Part shown: piece by piece, positions 8,908-18,747 of the stretch
Position numbering within the stretch: position 1 is the stretch's first letter
Layout of the letters: each line of letters begins with the position of its first letter
NCBI GenBank assembly: GCA_964646605.1
Contig: CAZYEX010000137.1
Coordinates: 35,580-99,579 of the forward strand
Length of the DNA stretch: 64,000 bases
Origin: an uncultured Phycisphaera sp.
GTDB taxonomy: Bacteria > Planctomycetota > Phycisphaerae > UBA1845
Direction of reading: 5' to 3'
The notes under the pieces: model-generated
Database searches by the model: none
What the model saw: only the letters and a program-made list of their open reading frames with translations
Told to the model about the DNA's origin: nothing
Program-made: the position numbers and the translations under genes

Positions 8908-11900
8908 GTGAAACGAGCGTTTGTCATCATGGTCATCGTCCTCGGCGCCGCCATTGGCGGGGCCGCATTGTGGCACTTTTGGCCGAGGGCGGTCGCTTTC
9001 TACACCGACGCGGAGTCCATCCGCGAGCCGCTGGCGACCGCCTCGCCAAGAGACATTCTCTGGCAACCCCCCGTCGTCCTAACATCTCCGCTTAACTCGA
9101 CGGACGACGACTACGAACCTCGACTCAGCAATGACGGTTTGACGTTGTACTTTGTTCGAGGCAAGGCCGGGCACAATGCGGAGTTGTTCTTCGCTCGCCG
9201 GACACCGGACGGATGGAGCGATCCGCAACCTCAGACGGAGTTAAATTCCCCTTTCGACGACCTGGGCCCCGAACCGTCCGCCGACGGCGAGACGATGTAT
9301 TTCTACAGCAATCGCGACGGCGGACTTGGCGGGTATGACCTGTGGTTGTCGCGGCGCGGACACAATGGATGGCAGACGCCGCTTAACCTCGGCCCGGCGA
9401 TTAATTCAGAGTTCAATGACTACGGGCCCGCGATCACACCCGACGGCAGTGTGCTGTACTTTGCATCCAACCGCCCCCAACCGACGGACACCCACACTCC
9501 TGATCCCAACGCCTGGCCGGCAACGCTGCGGGAAGACCTCTTCCGCCGCACGTACGATCTTTACCGATCTTCGGTAACGCAGAGCGGTTTTACACACGCC
9601 GAGCCCCTGTCGGCATTGAACACCATTCATCACGAAGGATCGCCGGCCGTCAGTCCCTTCGGAGACTTTCTCTACTTCGCGTCCGACCGACCGGCGGGAC
9701 GCGGCGGCTTCGACATGTACCGTTGCCGCAGACTGCGAGGACAACTGGGACTGGCGGAGAATCTCGGACAGACGGTCAACACGGACGGAAATGAACTGGA
9801 TCCTGCCCTCAGCTTGGGTGGGTACCGGCTCTATTTCAGTTCGGATCGCATTGCAGCCGGCGGTGTGCCAGGCGCCTCGCGAGATTACAACCTGTACCAG
9901 ACCACCTCACGAGAGGTCTTCTCCGAGCTCGAAGTGCAGCCTCGGTCCTCGATCGACTGGGCTGCACTGTGGAAGGCGGCGGCGCCGAATCTACTGTTTG
10001 CACTCTTGGCGTTGCTCCTCTTGCTGTTGTTGCTGTGGTTGTTTCGCGGAATGCAAGGCCGCAGGTTGAGCCTATTGGCGAAGTGTGTGTTGGGGTCTCT
10101 GGCAGCCCATCTCCTTCTCATGTTGCTTTTCAACGTATGGGAAGTGGCGGCGTCGTTGGCGGGCACGCTTTCACACGGTCGGCAAGGTTCGATCCAGGTG
10201 GCCATTGCGTCGCCCGGGACCAGCGGTTCTCTTTTTAGTCAAATCCGCGAGCACCTAACGTCCGTGGACGTTGCGAATGTCTCTCCGGCGCCCGAACGCG
10301 CCCCTTCGCTGTTGCAGTCGCATGTGGAGGAGTATTCGGCGCAAATACCCGTCAACGGGACGGCCCTAGAGGCAATGCACACAATACAATCGACCACGCC
10401 GCCGTCGGATGCCACCGTCCATCATGAGCGAATGCTCCCCAGCGCAACACCGCCGATCGAGTTTCCTTTGAGCGCCACGGCATTGACCTTTCCGCACTTG
10501 CCTGTGTCGCAGGCGCAACGCGAGGCGGATGTGGCGCCGCATATCGTTCGAGAAGCGCCGACGAAACTGATTCGCGTGGCACACATCCCCTCGGACCTGC
10601 AACCTGTCTCGGTCGTCACGGAATTTGCCCCCATCCGCGCGCCGACCGATGCACTTCCCTCTGCGGTACGGAGTGTAGTCGCCGAGCCCGTGGTCGGCGA
10701 CGCGGTGATTCGACCCGAAGTGATGCGCGAGCCAATGCAGATTGCGCGGACAGCTCAGGCGGCGCCGCCGATGGCGACGCAATTGGGCGTTGAACTTGGA
10801 CTTCCGCGGGAATCGACTGTACCACCGTCTACCAGTGAAGAGCACCAGTCTCGCGCGACTGGGGCAGCTCCTGTTTCGTCGACGCGAGCCGCGATGGATA
10901 TTCCCCCCATAGCGGATACCGCAGTGCAATCGGTTCAACTCCAGCCCGGCAAGCACGGGTCCCAGGCTGCGCCTTCGTCCCTTGCCGCTTTGGAGTCCCT
11001 TGCCGGCGGTGATTCCCCGACTGCTGCGCCATGGCCCGCTGGTTTCGCACTTAGCGCCGCAGGATGGATTCCGGCCCCGGCGGCATCGTCCTTCACGCCA
11101 AATCTCGAAACGCAGAGCGCGCTCCCTCACGCGGAGGGGGAGCGCCCGCCGTTCGGGGAAAACACTGCTTCGCCCCGCGCTCAGATGTTCACCGATCGCG
11201 GACCGGCCGGAAGGTTCTCCGATTTTCGGGAACGCGTTTCACCTCAGAGAAGCGACAATGTACTAGGCGTCGCGGGAAGTCTCGCGCCGTCCGTGCGGGC
11301 TCTAGACCTCCTTGTCTCGGGTGATCCGTCGTTACCCGATCGCGCCGTTCCGACCCCGGTGGCCGTCGCCACACACCGTGAACTTCAGTTGGCCCTTCCG
11401 GCGGAAGAGAGTGCCCCGGAAAATCCGTATGTGCAGCGAAACTCCGAGGCGCGGATGGACATTGTGGAGCGCATGGGAGGCAGTGCCGAAACCGAGCAGG
11501 CCGTCACCACAGCCCTTCAATGGCTCGCCTCTCATCAAAGCCGCGACGGACGATGGGACGCCGACGGGTTTGACCGCGGCTGCGGCGCGTGCGGCGGCGT
11601 CACATCCGTCGCAGCCGATCACGCCCTGACGGGCCTGAGTCTGCTATGTTTTCTGGGTGCCGGGCATACACACCAAAAAGACGGGCCCTATCGTGACGCG
11701 GTGCAACGCGCTCTGACCTGGCTCCTTTCTCAGCAGCGGCGCGACGGCGATCTTCGCGGTGAGGAAACCATGTACAGTCACGGCATTGCGACTCTCGCAC
11801 TATCCGAGGCCTATGGTATGACCGGCGACTTCAGAGTACGCGACGCCGTGCAGAGAGCCGCGGACTTCATTGACCAGGCACGCAACCAGACGGTAGGCGG

Positions 11901-13173
11901 TTGGCGATATGATCCGGGGCAGTCGGGTGATACCTCGGTACTGGGCTGGCAAGTCATGGCCCTGCGCAGTGCGTCCCTTAACGGTTGCCGCGTATCCCCC
12001 GAAAACTTTGGCAGCGCAAGAGTGTGGCTGCACCGTGTCAGCGATCGCGGGCACGCGGGCAGGTATTCGTATCAACCCGGCCGCAAGCCAACCCCAAGCA
12101 TGACGGCCGAGGGCATGTTCGTGCAGCAGTTGCTCGGAATGGCGCCCGCACACCCCGCCATGCAGGGATCCGTCAAGTACATACTGCAAAATCTTCCGAA
12201 CTGGCAGTCTCAGCCCAATACATACTTTTGGTATTATGCTTCCCTGGCGTTGTTTCAACAGCAAGGCGAAGCGTGGGAGCGATGGAACGAGTCACTTCGC
12301 GGTCAATTGACGTCCCATCAACGAAAGGACGGGCGAGCGGCGGGCAGTTGGGACCCTGTCGGCGAATGGGCGGACGTCGGCGGTCGGGTATACCAGACCG
12401 CTCTTTGTACACTGATGCTCGAAGTCTACTATCGCTATTTGCCGCTTTTCTCCGCTGGTGCGCCGAAACTGGAGTGGACTGAAAAACCGGCGATCGAATC
12501 GATCGGAACGATTCATGGAACGGTGACGGACTCCGCGACAGCGCGACCGCTCCGCAGCGCCACAGTCCGACTGGACCTACCGGACGGCGCGGCTGTTACA
12601 GCAACCACCGAACCCGACGGAAGTTATGTACTCGATGCGCCGAATGTGCCGGAATTCTTCGCCCTCTCGGCCTCTCACGACGGATTCATTCCCCGAAGCG
12701 CAAACGCGGAGCGGGCACAACTGATAGACGGAACACTGCGGGTGAACTTTGCGCTCGATTCGGTGCATGCGGATGTGCTGGTTATGGAAGCCGTCCCCGA
12801 TGTCCATCACCTGGGAGACGACCATTTCGACGGCACGATCAATAGCCAATTCCAAAAGCGCTCCGAGGGTGCCAGTTTCGCCGGAGCGTTCGAATTGGGC
12901 GTGGATCGGCGGCCCGCACAGTTCACCCGCGGCGAGGTGCGCTTGCTCGCCAAGGGCGTACAGAGGCGGCATCGCATTGTCATCAACGGCAAGACCCTCG
13001 ATCGGCGACTGGATCACGCCCCCGAAGACGGGAGCTTCGGCGAGTTCGCCGCCCCCTTCGACGCCTCCCAACTCCTCAGCGGCGCGAACACCCTGGAGAT
13101 CATCGCCGCCCCCAGCACTTCCGACATTGACGACTTCGAGTTCGTCAATGTGCAGATCCACCTGCACCCATGA
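8908..13173 (+). CDS. Giant multidomain envelope protein: N-terminal TM, TolB-like PD40 beta-propeller repeats, TM pair, about 400-aa low-complexity linker, prenyltransferase/squalene-cyclase-like alpha-alpha toroid repeats, carboxypeptidase-regulatory-like domain, C-terminal domain
   Basis: 1421 aa. PD40-type repeats (YEPRLSNDGLTLYF, GPEPSADGETMYFYSNRDGGLGGYDLWL, YGPAITPDGSVLYFASNRP, SPFGDFLYFASDRPAGRGGFDMYR). Poly-Leu TM helices. QW-like toroid motifs (LQWLASHQSRDGRW, LTWLLSQQRRDGDL, GGWRYDPG). GTVTDSATARPLRSATVRLDLPDG...TEPDGSYVL resembles a CarbopepD_reg domain. Confidence 0.75.
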   Translation: MKRAFVIMVIVLGAAIGGAALWHFWPRAVAFYTDAESIREPLATASPRDILWQPPVVLTSPLNSTDDDYEPRLSNDGLTLYFVRGKAGHNAELFFARRTPDGWSDPQPQTELNSPFDDLGPEPSADGETMYFYSNRDGGLGGYDLWLSRRGHNGWQTPLNLGPAINSEFNDYGPAITPDGSVLYFASNRPQPTDTHTPDPNAWPATLREDLFRRTYDLYRSSVTQSGFTHAEPLSALNTIHHEGSPAVSPFGDFLYFASDRPAGRGGFDMYRCRRLRGQLGLAENLGQTVNTDGNELDPALSLGGYRLYFSSDRIAAGGVPGASRDYNLYQTTSREVFSELEVQPRSSIDWAALWKAAAPNLLFALLALLLLLLLLWLFRGMQGRRLSLLAKCVLGSLAAHLLLMLLFNVWEVAASLAGTLSHGRQGSIQVAIASPGTSGSLFSQIREHLTSVDVANVSPAPERAPSLLQSHVEEYSAQIPVNGTALEAMHTIQSTTPPSDATVHHERMLPSATPPIEFPLSATALTFPHLPVSQAQREADVAPHIVREAPTKLIRVAHIPSDLQPVSVVTEFAPIRAPTDALPSAVRSVVAEPVVGDAVIRPEVMREPMQIARTAQAAPPMATQLGVELGLPRESTVPPSTSEEHQSRATGAAPVSSTRAAMDIPPIADTAVQSVQLQPGKHGSQAAPSSLAALESLAGGDSPTAAPWPAGFALSAAGWIPAPAASSFTPNLETQSALPHAEGERPPFGENTASPRAQMFTDRGPAGRFSDFRERVSPQRSDNVLGVAGSLAPSVRALDLLVSGDPSLPDRAVPTPVAVATHRELQLALPAEESAPENPYVQRNSEARMDIVERMGGSAETEQAVTTALQWLASHQSRDGRWDADGFDRGCGACGGVTSVAADHALTGLSLLCFLGAGHTHQKDGPYRDAVQRALTWLLSQQRRDGDLRGEETMYSHGIATLALSEAYGMTGDFRVRDAVQRAADFIDQARNQTVGGWRYDPGQSGDTSVLGWQVMALRSASLNGCRVSPENFGSARVWLHRVSDRGHAGRYSYQPGRKPTPSMTAEGMFVQQLLGMAPAHPAMQGSVKYILQNLPNWQSQPNTYFWYYASLALFQQQGEAWERWNESLRGQLTSHQRKDGRAAGSWDPVGEWADVGGRVYQTALCTLMLEVYYRYLPLFSAGAPKLEWTEKPAIESIGTIHGTVTDSATARPLRSATVRLDLPDGAAVTATTEPDGSYVLDAPNVPEFFALSASHDGFIPRSANAERAQLIDGTLRVNFALDSVHADVLVMEAVPDVHHLGDDHFDGTINSQFQKRSEGASFAGAFELGVDRRPAQFTRGEVRLLAKGVQRRHRIVINGKTLDRRLDHAPEDGSFGEFAAPFDASQLLSGANTLEIIAAPSTSDIDDFEFVNVQIHLHP

Positions 13174-13194
13174 CCCACATGGGTTGGATGACGG

Positions 13195-13998
13195 TCAAGG
13201 TTCCTGGGGCGTTGGGCACTCGCCCTCGCCGGAGATGCTCGCCCCCGCCCCAGCGGCTTGACAGGCATTGCCATACGTTACGGCGTCGCAGCCGCACACC
13301 GGGGCGAATTCAAGCGTGCATACCTGGGGAATCGGTTCGCACAGTCCCTGGATATCGCAGCAACACTGCCCCATCGGCAGATGGCAGTATTCACCATCCT
13401 CACACCCAATCCCCACGATTCCGCCGCAGACGCGCCCTGCGTCGGCGCACTCACCCGCGCCTAGCACGCTGATCGACGCGCGATCGGCCTCGCACTCGTT
13501 GGGATAGGTAATCTCGTCGCATCCACAGACCGGTGCGAACACTTCGGCGCAGACTTCGGGAACGGACACACACACGCCGGTCTGATCGGCGGCCCCGCAT
13601 GTCCCCGTCGTATACTTGCAGGACTCTGACGCGGGGCAGGCGAATCCCGCCAATCCGCCGCACGGTTTTTGTTCATCGTCGGTCGGACACGCGCCTTCAC
13701 TCCGCACACTAACGCCCACGACGGCCGCCTCGCATGCATTGCCGTAGGTCGCTCCGTCGCACCCGCACACGGGCGCGAAAATCTCGGCGCAAGAGTCAGG
13801 CCGCTGCGCACAAGCACCCGAAGCCCCATCGTCCCCACAACTCCCTTCGTCATAGAGACAATACAGCCCCTCGCCGCAGAGCAGGGCGGCCAGTCCACCG
13901 CACGAGACCCCCACGATCCCGCATCCAGAGAGCCAACCCAGTTGACTGCAAACGAACAGAACTGCCGCAGGTTTCATACCGAGCCAGGTTCTTTTCAT
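13195..13998 (-). CDS. Secreted lipoprotein with four tandem Kazal-type serine-protease-inhibitor domains
   Basis: Start chosen at MKRTWLGMKPAAVLFVCSQLGWLSGCG (signal peptide plus lipobox). Four repeats of the Kazal core CxxxFAPVCGCDGxTYxNxCxA. The ORF track's longer 5' extension (to 14199) lacks any signal. Confidence 0.75.
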   Translation of the reverse strand: MKRTWLGMKPAAVLFVCSQLGWLSGCGIVGVSCGGLAALLCGEGLYCLYDEGSCGDDGASGACAQRPDSCAEIFAPVCGCDGATYGNACEAAVVGVSVRSEGACPTDDEQKPCGGLAGFACPASESCKYTTGTCGAADQTGVCVSVPEVCAEVFAPVCGCDEITYPNECEADRASISVLGAGECADAGRVCGGIVGIGCEDGEYCHLPMGQCCCDIQGLCEPIPQVCTLEFAPVCGCDAVTYGNACQAAGAGASISGEGECPTPQEP

Positions 13999-14173
13999 TT
14001 TCACGTTACGCTCCGAACAAAATCTCGCCCGCCGCGGTTGGCGGACACGGTCTCTTGCCATCGACAATAGTATAGACGCACCCAAGCGTCCGCCAAGACG
14101 CAGACGCGGGCAAGGCGATTCCTGATGTTTCACTCGTACCGAAGGAAGCGTCCAGGGGCAAAAACTCGCGGCC

Positions 14174-15628
14174 CTACCGCGCCGTGTGCGCCGGCTCATC
14201 GGCCGGCAGGGGCGGGGGACCGTCGGGGATGTAGGGTTTGTACACGGTTCCTTGGGTTTGCTTCTTGAACTCGGCGCGGATCGCCTCGACGGCGGCCGGG
14301 TCCTCGTAGAGGTCGATCATCGTGGCCGCCAGGGTCTTCCCCGCGTGGATCATCCCCTTTTGTCCAATGGACATTCCCGCGCACGCCACCACCGGCCAGG
14401 AGTGCCACGGCGTGCCCTCCGGCGCCGTCGTCACCGACAGGTGCAGGGTCGGAACGATCCAGCTCACGTCGCCCACGTCCGTCGAACCACCCTCAGGCTC
14501 CTGCCCTTCGAGCGGCTTGATGTTCGAATTGAGCCCCCGCTCGGGAACGCCCGTCGCCCGCTGGATGGCCGCGGCGAACTCTTGTTCCTCGCGGGTGAAC
14601 TCGATGGGCTTGAGCCACACCAGATTGTCGTACAAGAGTTTCGCCCCGGTCAGGTTGACCAGCATCTCATAGTCGCCGCCGATCACCCGCAAGGACGATT
14701 TCGTGCCCGACATCAGGGCCGCCCCGTCGGCAATGCTCTTCACCCGCTCGAACACTTCATCCACGCCCGCCCGTTTCCAGTCCCGCACCCAACACCACAG
14801 CTTGGCATGTTCGGGAATGACGTTGGGAACCAGTCCGCCGTCCTGAATGACATAGTGCATCCGCACCGACGGCCTCACGTGCTCACGGAGCATGTTGACG
14901 CCGTGCGTGAAAAGCTCCAGCCCGTCCACGGCACTTCGACCGTTCCACGGATCATGCGCCGCATGCGCAGCCTTGCCCTCGAACTCCACCACGAAGTCGA
15001 TGAGCGCCTGCGAACTCGTCGTATCCGCCACCGTCTCGTCCGCCGGATGCCACGCCAGACAGACGTCGAGGTCGTCGAAGAGCTTGTCGCGGGCCATGTA
15101 AATCTTGCCCCCCACCGCTTCCTCCGCGGGCGTGCCGTAAAAGCGGATCGTGCCTTTCAGTTGCCCGGCCTCGATCAACTCCTTCACCGCGATCGCCGCC
15201 CCCAGGCTCCCGGGACCGAACAAGTTGTGCCCGCAGCCGTGACCGCCCGCCCCAGGCTGCAACACCTCCTTTGACGCCTTGGCCTTCTGCGAGAGTCCAG
15301 GCAGAGCGTCAAACTCGCCCAGGATCCCGATGATCGGCTTGCCCTGCCCGTACGTCGCCACGAACGCCGTGGGCATTCCGGAAACCCCGCGGGTGACCTT
15401 GAACCCTTGCTGTTCCGCATAGTCGGCCAGGACTTTCGATGATTTCGTCTCCCGCAGCGCCGTCTCCGCGAACGCCCAAATCTGCTCGCTCAGCTTCACC
15501 AAGTCGGTCTTGTGCTTCTCGAGAGAAGCCGCCGCCGCCTCTTTCTTCTTGACGTCCCCAGCGCCGAGCGCACCCACGGCGAGGAACCCGACAAGAACGC
15601 AGCTCAGTACGGTCGATCGTATCTTCAT
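14174..15628 (-). CDS. Secreted M20-family metallo-amidohydrolase / aminoacylase (AbgB/hippurate-hydrolase-like)
   Basis: Start at MKIRSTVLSCVLVGFLAVGALGAG (signal peptide). M20D motifs (GHGCGHNLFG, metal ligands, dimerisation insert). Confidence 0.8.
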   Translation of the reverse strand: MKIRSTVLSCVLVGFLAVGALGAGDVKKKEAAAASLEKHKTDLVKLSEQIWAFAETALRETKSSKVLADYAEQQGFKVTRGVSGMPTAFVATYGQGKPIIGILGEFDALPGLSQKAKASKEVLQPGAGGHGCGHNLFGPGSLGAAIAVKELIEAGQLKGTIRFYGTPAEEAVGGKIYMARDKLFDDLDVCLAWHPADETVADTTSSQALIDFVVEFEGKAAHAAHDPWNGRSAVDGLELFTHGVNMLREHVRPSVRMHYVIQDGGLVPNVIPEHAKLWCWVRDWKRAGVDEVFERVKSIADGAALMSGTKSSLRVIGGDYEMLVNLTGAKLLYDNLVWLKPIEFTREEQEFAAAIQRATGVPERGLNSNIKPLEGQEPEGGSTDVGDVSWIVPTLHLSVTTAPEGTPWHSWPVVACAGMSIGQKGMIHAGKTLAATMIDLYEDPAAVEAIRAEFKKQTQGTVYKPYIPDGPPPLPADEPAHTAR

Positions 15629-15856
15629 AAACCCCTCGGCATCCATGTATCGTCTTGCGTCGCCACGCCCACCCGAACCCGCAGCGCATGCGGCAGGCCC
15701 TTCATGAATGGTCCTACAGTTCGTGGAACTCGTCAAGCCGAACGGCTGGGCAAGCCCCCATCCCCACGTCGAGGACCAGAAATGAGCGACCCTCGTTCCT
15801 CACGCCGCGTGGGCGTACGAAACGAGGGTCGTTTCTCTCGGGGGTCGGGCGACGAT

Positions 15857-16405
15857 CTACCGCGTCGTGCTGCGAAGCTGCTCGCGGAGCACGCGGACCA
15901 GCAAGTCCCGCGAGGACTTGTCGAGCGTCGATTGGGCCTGCTCGAACTTTTCCACGCGCCGCTTTTCTTCCAGATAGTTGCGGATGTCGGGCACCAAGCG
16001 GATGGCGTCTTTGAGGACTCCGCGAAGATCGGCGATCGAGTGCCGATCCACCGTGTTCACGCGCTTGCCCAGGTCGTCGATCAGCCGATGCAACTCGGTG
16101 AGCCAATCCTGGAAGTTGTTCTCATGGGCCAGGTATCGCTGCGCGTCGGAGACGAGAAACGTGCGGATCAGATCGTGGTCTTGTTCGGTCAGCGGATCGC
16201 CTTTTTCGAGCCGGCGGATGGTCGTCTTGGCTTCGACGGCCCAAGCCGACTGCTGCACCTCGCGGACGAAACCGTCCACCTCGCTGAGGTAGCGCTCGAA
16301 GGATTCGAAGTCCTCGACCGACTCGTGCGCCAGAGCGCTCGCCGCGGCCTCCTTCAACCCTTGCATCGTGTCGTTCAGTTGATCCGTGTCCATCATCGTT
16401 GTCAT
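15857..16405 (-). CDS. Hypothetical all-helical acidic protein (about 183 aa)
   Basis: Start chosen at MTTMMDTDQ, the first Met after an implausible Gly/Arg-rich 5' extension. No recognisable family. Confidence 0.4.
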   Translation of the reverse strand: MTTMMDTDQLNDTMQGLKEAAASALAHESVEDFESFERYLSEVDGFVREVQQSAWAVEAKTTIRRLEKGDPLTEQDHDLIRTFLVSDAQRYLAHENNFQDWLTELHRLIDDLGKRVNTVDRHSIADLRGVLKDAIRLVPDIRNYLEEKRRVEKFEQAQSTLDKSSRDLLVRVLREQLRSTTR

Positions 16406-16766
16406 GGATGCGCTCCTCGTTCGCGGGCCGGTGTCCCATAACCCAAGCCCAGGTCCGCTCTCCCAAAGACCGAACCAGCGCCCAACCCATCGACCGGACC
16501 CCCGCCCCGGTTGAACAACCCCCGCGCAGATCACCGCCGCCCTCCCCCCGACGCACGATGATCGGACCGCGCTGCACGATCCGCGCCACGCGCGATGCCC
16601 CGCGCCCCCTCCGAGCCCCCGCGTCTCCAGCTTGGCCACATACCCATCGAGGTCCGCGGCAGGCTGCGCCGCAGTCTCGGCCTGGGGCGTCGACCACACC
16701 GGAGGTAGAACGTGACAACGAATCCACCTCCCCACAGGGCTTGTCGTTTCGGTTACCATCCCACGC

Positions 16767-17885
16767 ATGATCTACCTCGATTACAACGCTTCGACTCCGG
16801 TGGAGGATGCCGTTCGGGAGGCCATGCTTCCCTTCCTCGGGCGAGACCACTTCGGGAACCCGGCGAGTAGTCACGCCCTGGGTCGGCCGCTGCGCCAGGC
16901 CGTCGAAACGGCGCGCTCCCAGGTCGCGGAGTTGCTTGGGGCCACGCCCGACGAAATTGTCTTCAACTCCGGCGGAACCGAAGGCTGCAACCACGTCATC
17001 CAAGGCGTCGCCGCCGCGTGCAAGTGTCGCGGGCGACACGTCATCATCTCCGCCGTCGAGCATCCCGCAGTGGCAAACGCCTGCAAGTCCTTGGAAGACG
17101 AAGGCTTCGAGATCACATTCGTCGAGGTCGATTCCACGGGCCGGGTCAATCCCGAGAGCGTCGCCCATGAGGTCCGACCGGATACCATTCTCATTTCCAT
17201 CATGCACGCCAACAACGAGGTCGGTACTCTTCAACCCATCGCTGAAATCGCCGAGATCGCCAAGGAGGGCGGCGTACTCATGCACACCGATGCGGCCCAG
17301 TCCTGCGGCAAGGTGGAGACGCGCGTCGATCGCCTCGGCGTGGATTTCCTGACCATCGCTGGCCACAAAATGTACGCCCCGCAGGGAATCGGGGCTCTCT
17401 ACATCCGCCGCGGCAGCGCCATCGACCCGTTGCACCACGGCGCGGGTCATCAAGGCGGTCGTCGCGGCGGAACCGAACCGACCGCCCTCATCGTCGCACT
17501 CGGCGCCGCCGCCGCACTCGCACGCAAGTCCGAGCATCAAGGCAAACTCACCTCTCTGCGGGATCGACTCTACAACGGTTTGCGATCGTCCCTTGGCGAT
17601 CGCGCTGTGCTTCTGGGTCACCCCACGCTTCGTCTTCCCAACACGCTATGCGTGGGATTTCGGGATCGGATCGGCGGCGAGATACTCGAAGCGTGTCCCG
17701 ACTTGTGCGCCAGCACCGGGGCCGCGTGTCACTCGACTCGTCGTGAGCGCTCCGCCACTCTGGCCGCCATGAACGTGCCCGAAGAAGTCGCCTTCGGCGC
17801 CATCCGCTTCAGCCTCGGGCGACACACCAACGAATCCGAAATCGACCAGGCCGTAGCCATGCTCTCCGCCGCCGTCGGAAAGTAG
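16767..17885 (+). CDS. nifS: Class V aminotransferase cysteine desulfurase (NifS/IscS family)
   Basis: 372 aa; MIYLDYNASTP start, PLP-lysine region TIAGHKMYAPQGIGALYIRRG and active-site Cys loop (STGAACHS) typical of NifS/IscS. Confidence 0.9.
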   Translation: MIYLDYNASTPVEDAVREAMLPFLGRDHFGNPASSHALGRPLRQAVETARSQVAELLGATPDEIVFNSGGTEGCNHVIQGVAAACKCRGRHVIISAVEHPAVANACKSLEDEGFEITFVEVDSTGRVNPESVAHEVRPDTILISIMHANNEVGTLQPIAEIAEIAKEGGVLMHTDAAQSCGKVETRVDRLGVDFLTIAGHKMYAPQGIGALYIRRGSAIDPLHHGAGHQGGRRGGTEPTALIVALGAAAALARKSEHQGKLTSLRDRLYNGLRSSLGDRAVLLGHPTLRLPNTLCVGFRDRIGGEILEACPDLCASTGAACHSTRRERSATLAAMNVPEEVAFGAIRFSLGRHTNESEIDQAVAMLSAAVGK

Positions 17886-18097
17886 TGGGTCGGCACGCCC
17901 GGGTCGGCAGCGCGCCGACCCCCGTTCCGAAGCCGTCGCTTTCAGGCGGCGGGTCACGCCCTGCCGATCGTGCGTGCAAGCATGGGCCATGCCCTTTTCA
18001 GACCGACAGAACCGAGGTATGCTTATGTAACGGACAACGGATTGGGTAGTATGTTTCAGCGATTCATCGCACCTTCCACACCGCGGCGAGCGAACCG

Positions 18098-18598
18098 ATG
18101 ATGTCTCGGGAAGCTACGACGGCCTCACGCTGGGTCTCAGCCGTGGCTCTCGTAGTCGTCTCTCTTCCCGCCGCATGTAAACACCAAGATTCGGGAAAGA
18201 TAGGCACGGAACTCTCTTCGGAATCGTGCTGCGCTCTCCCGTCCAGAGTGGTTGCGATTACTTTCACAGGCGACGTCAAGAAGGACGTTGCTCTGCCATT
18301 GGAAGTCGCTCTTCCGGTGCTGCGACGAAATCTCACGCTGGAGAACCGGACCAATCATAGGTCCAAGTTTTGCCCCGCTGGGACCATTTGGGTGCATGGC
18401 CAATCGGCGTCGAGCGAGTATAAACTCCTGGAGGCTCCTACGTACCTTGTTTGCAGACGATGTGGGACGTTTTTTAAGATGGACTACGACGATCAAACGC
18501 GGCTTCTGGATCTCGCCGCGGAGGTCCAGGGCGGACGGCTATCCTCCACCATTCCGTACCCCGGATCTCGTCCTCGTAAGGATCCCAACAAGAAATGA
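18098..18598 (+). CDS. Hypothetical lipoprotein with CxxC pair; locally lower GC than surroundings
   Basis: MMSREATTASRWVSAVALVVVSLPAAC (signal plus lipobox-like); CRRC motif; GC visibly lower (about 55%) than neighbouring genes. Confidence 0.4.
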   Translation: MMSREATTASRWVSAVALVVVSLPAACKHQDSGKIGTELSSESCCALPSRVVAITFTGDVKKDVALPLEVALPVLRRNLTLENRTNHRSKFCPAGTIWVHGQSASSEYKLLEAPTYLVCRRCGTFFKMDYDDQTRLLDLAAEVQGGRLSSTIPYPGSRPRKDPNKK

Positions 18599-18747
18599 GG
18601 CCCGGAAGAGGTGCCAAGATGACTTTTGTGCCTCACCTCGCCCAGGGGTATGGATACCCCGAGGCGTGCCGTTGACTTGTGACCGTTGCGATCACTCCCC
18701 AGTCCCAAACCGCAAATCGGCAATTCAGTTGGCTTCCGCAGGTCGCG

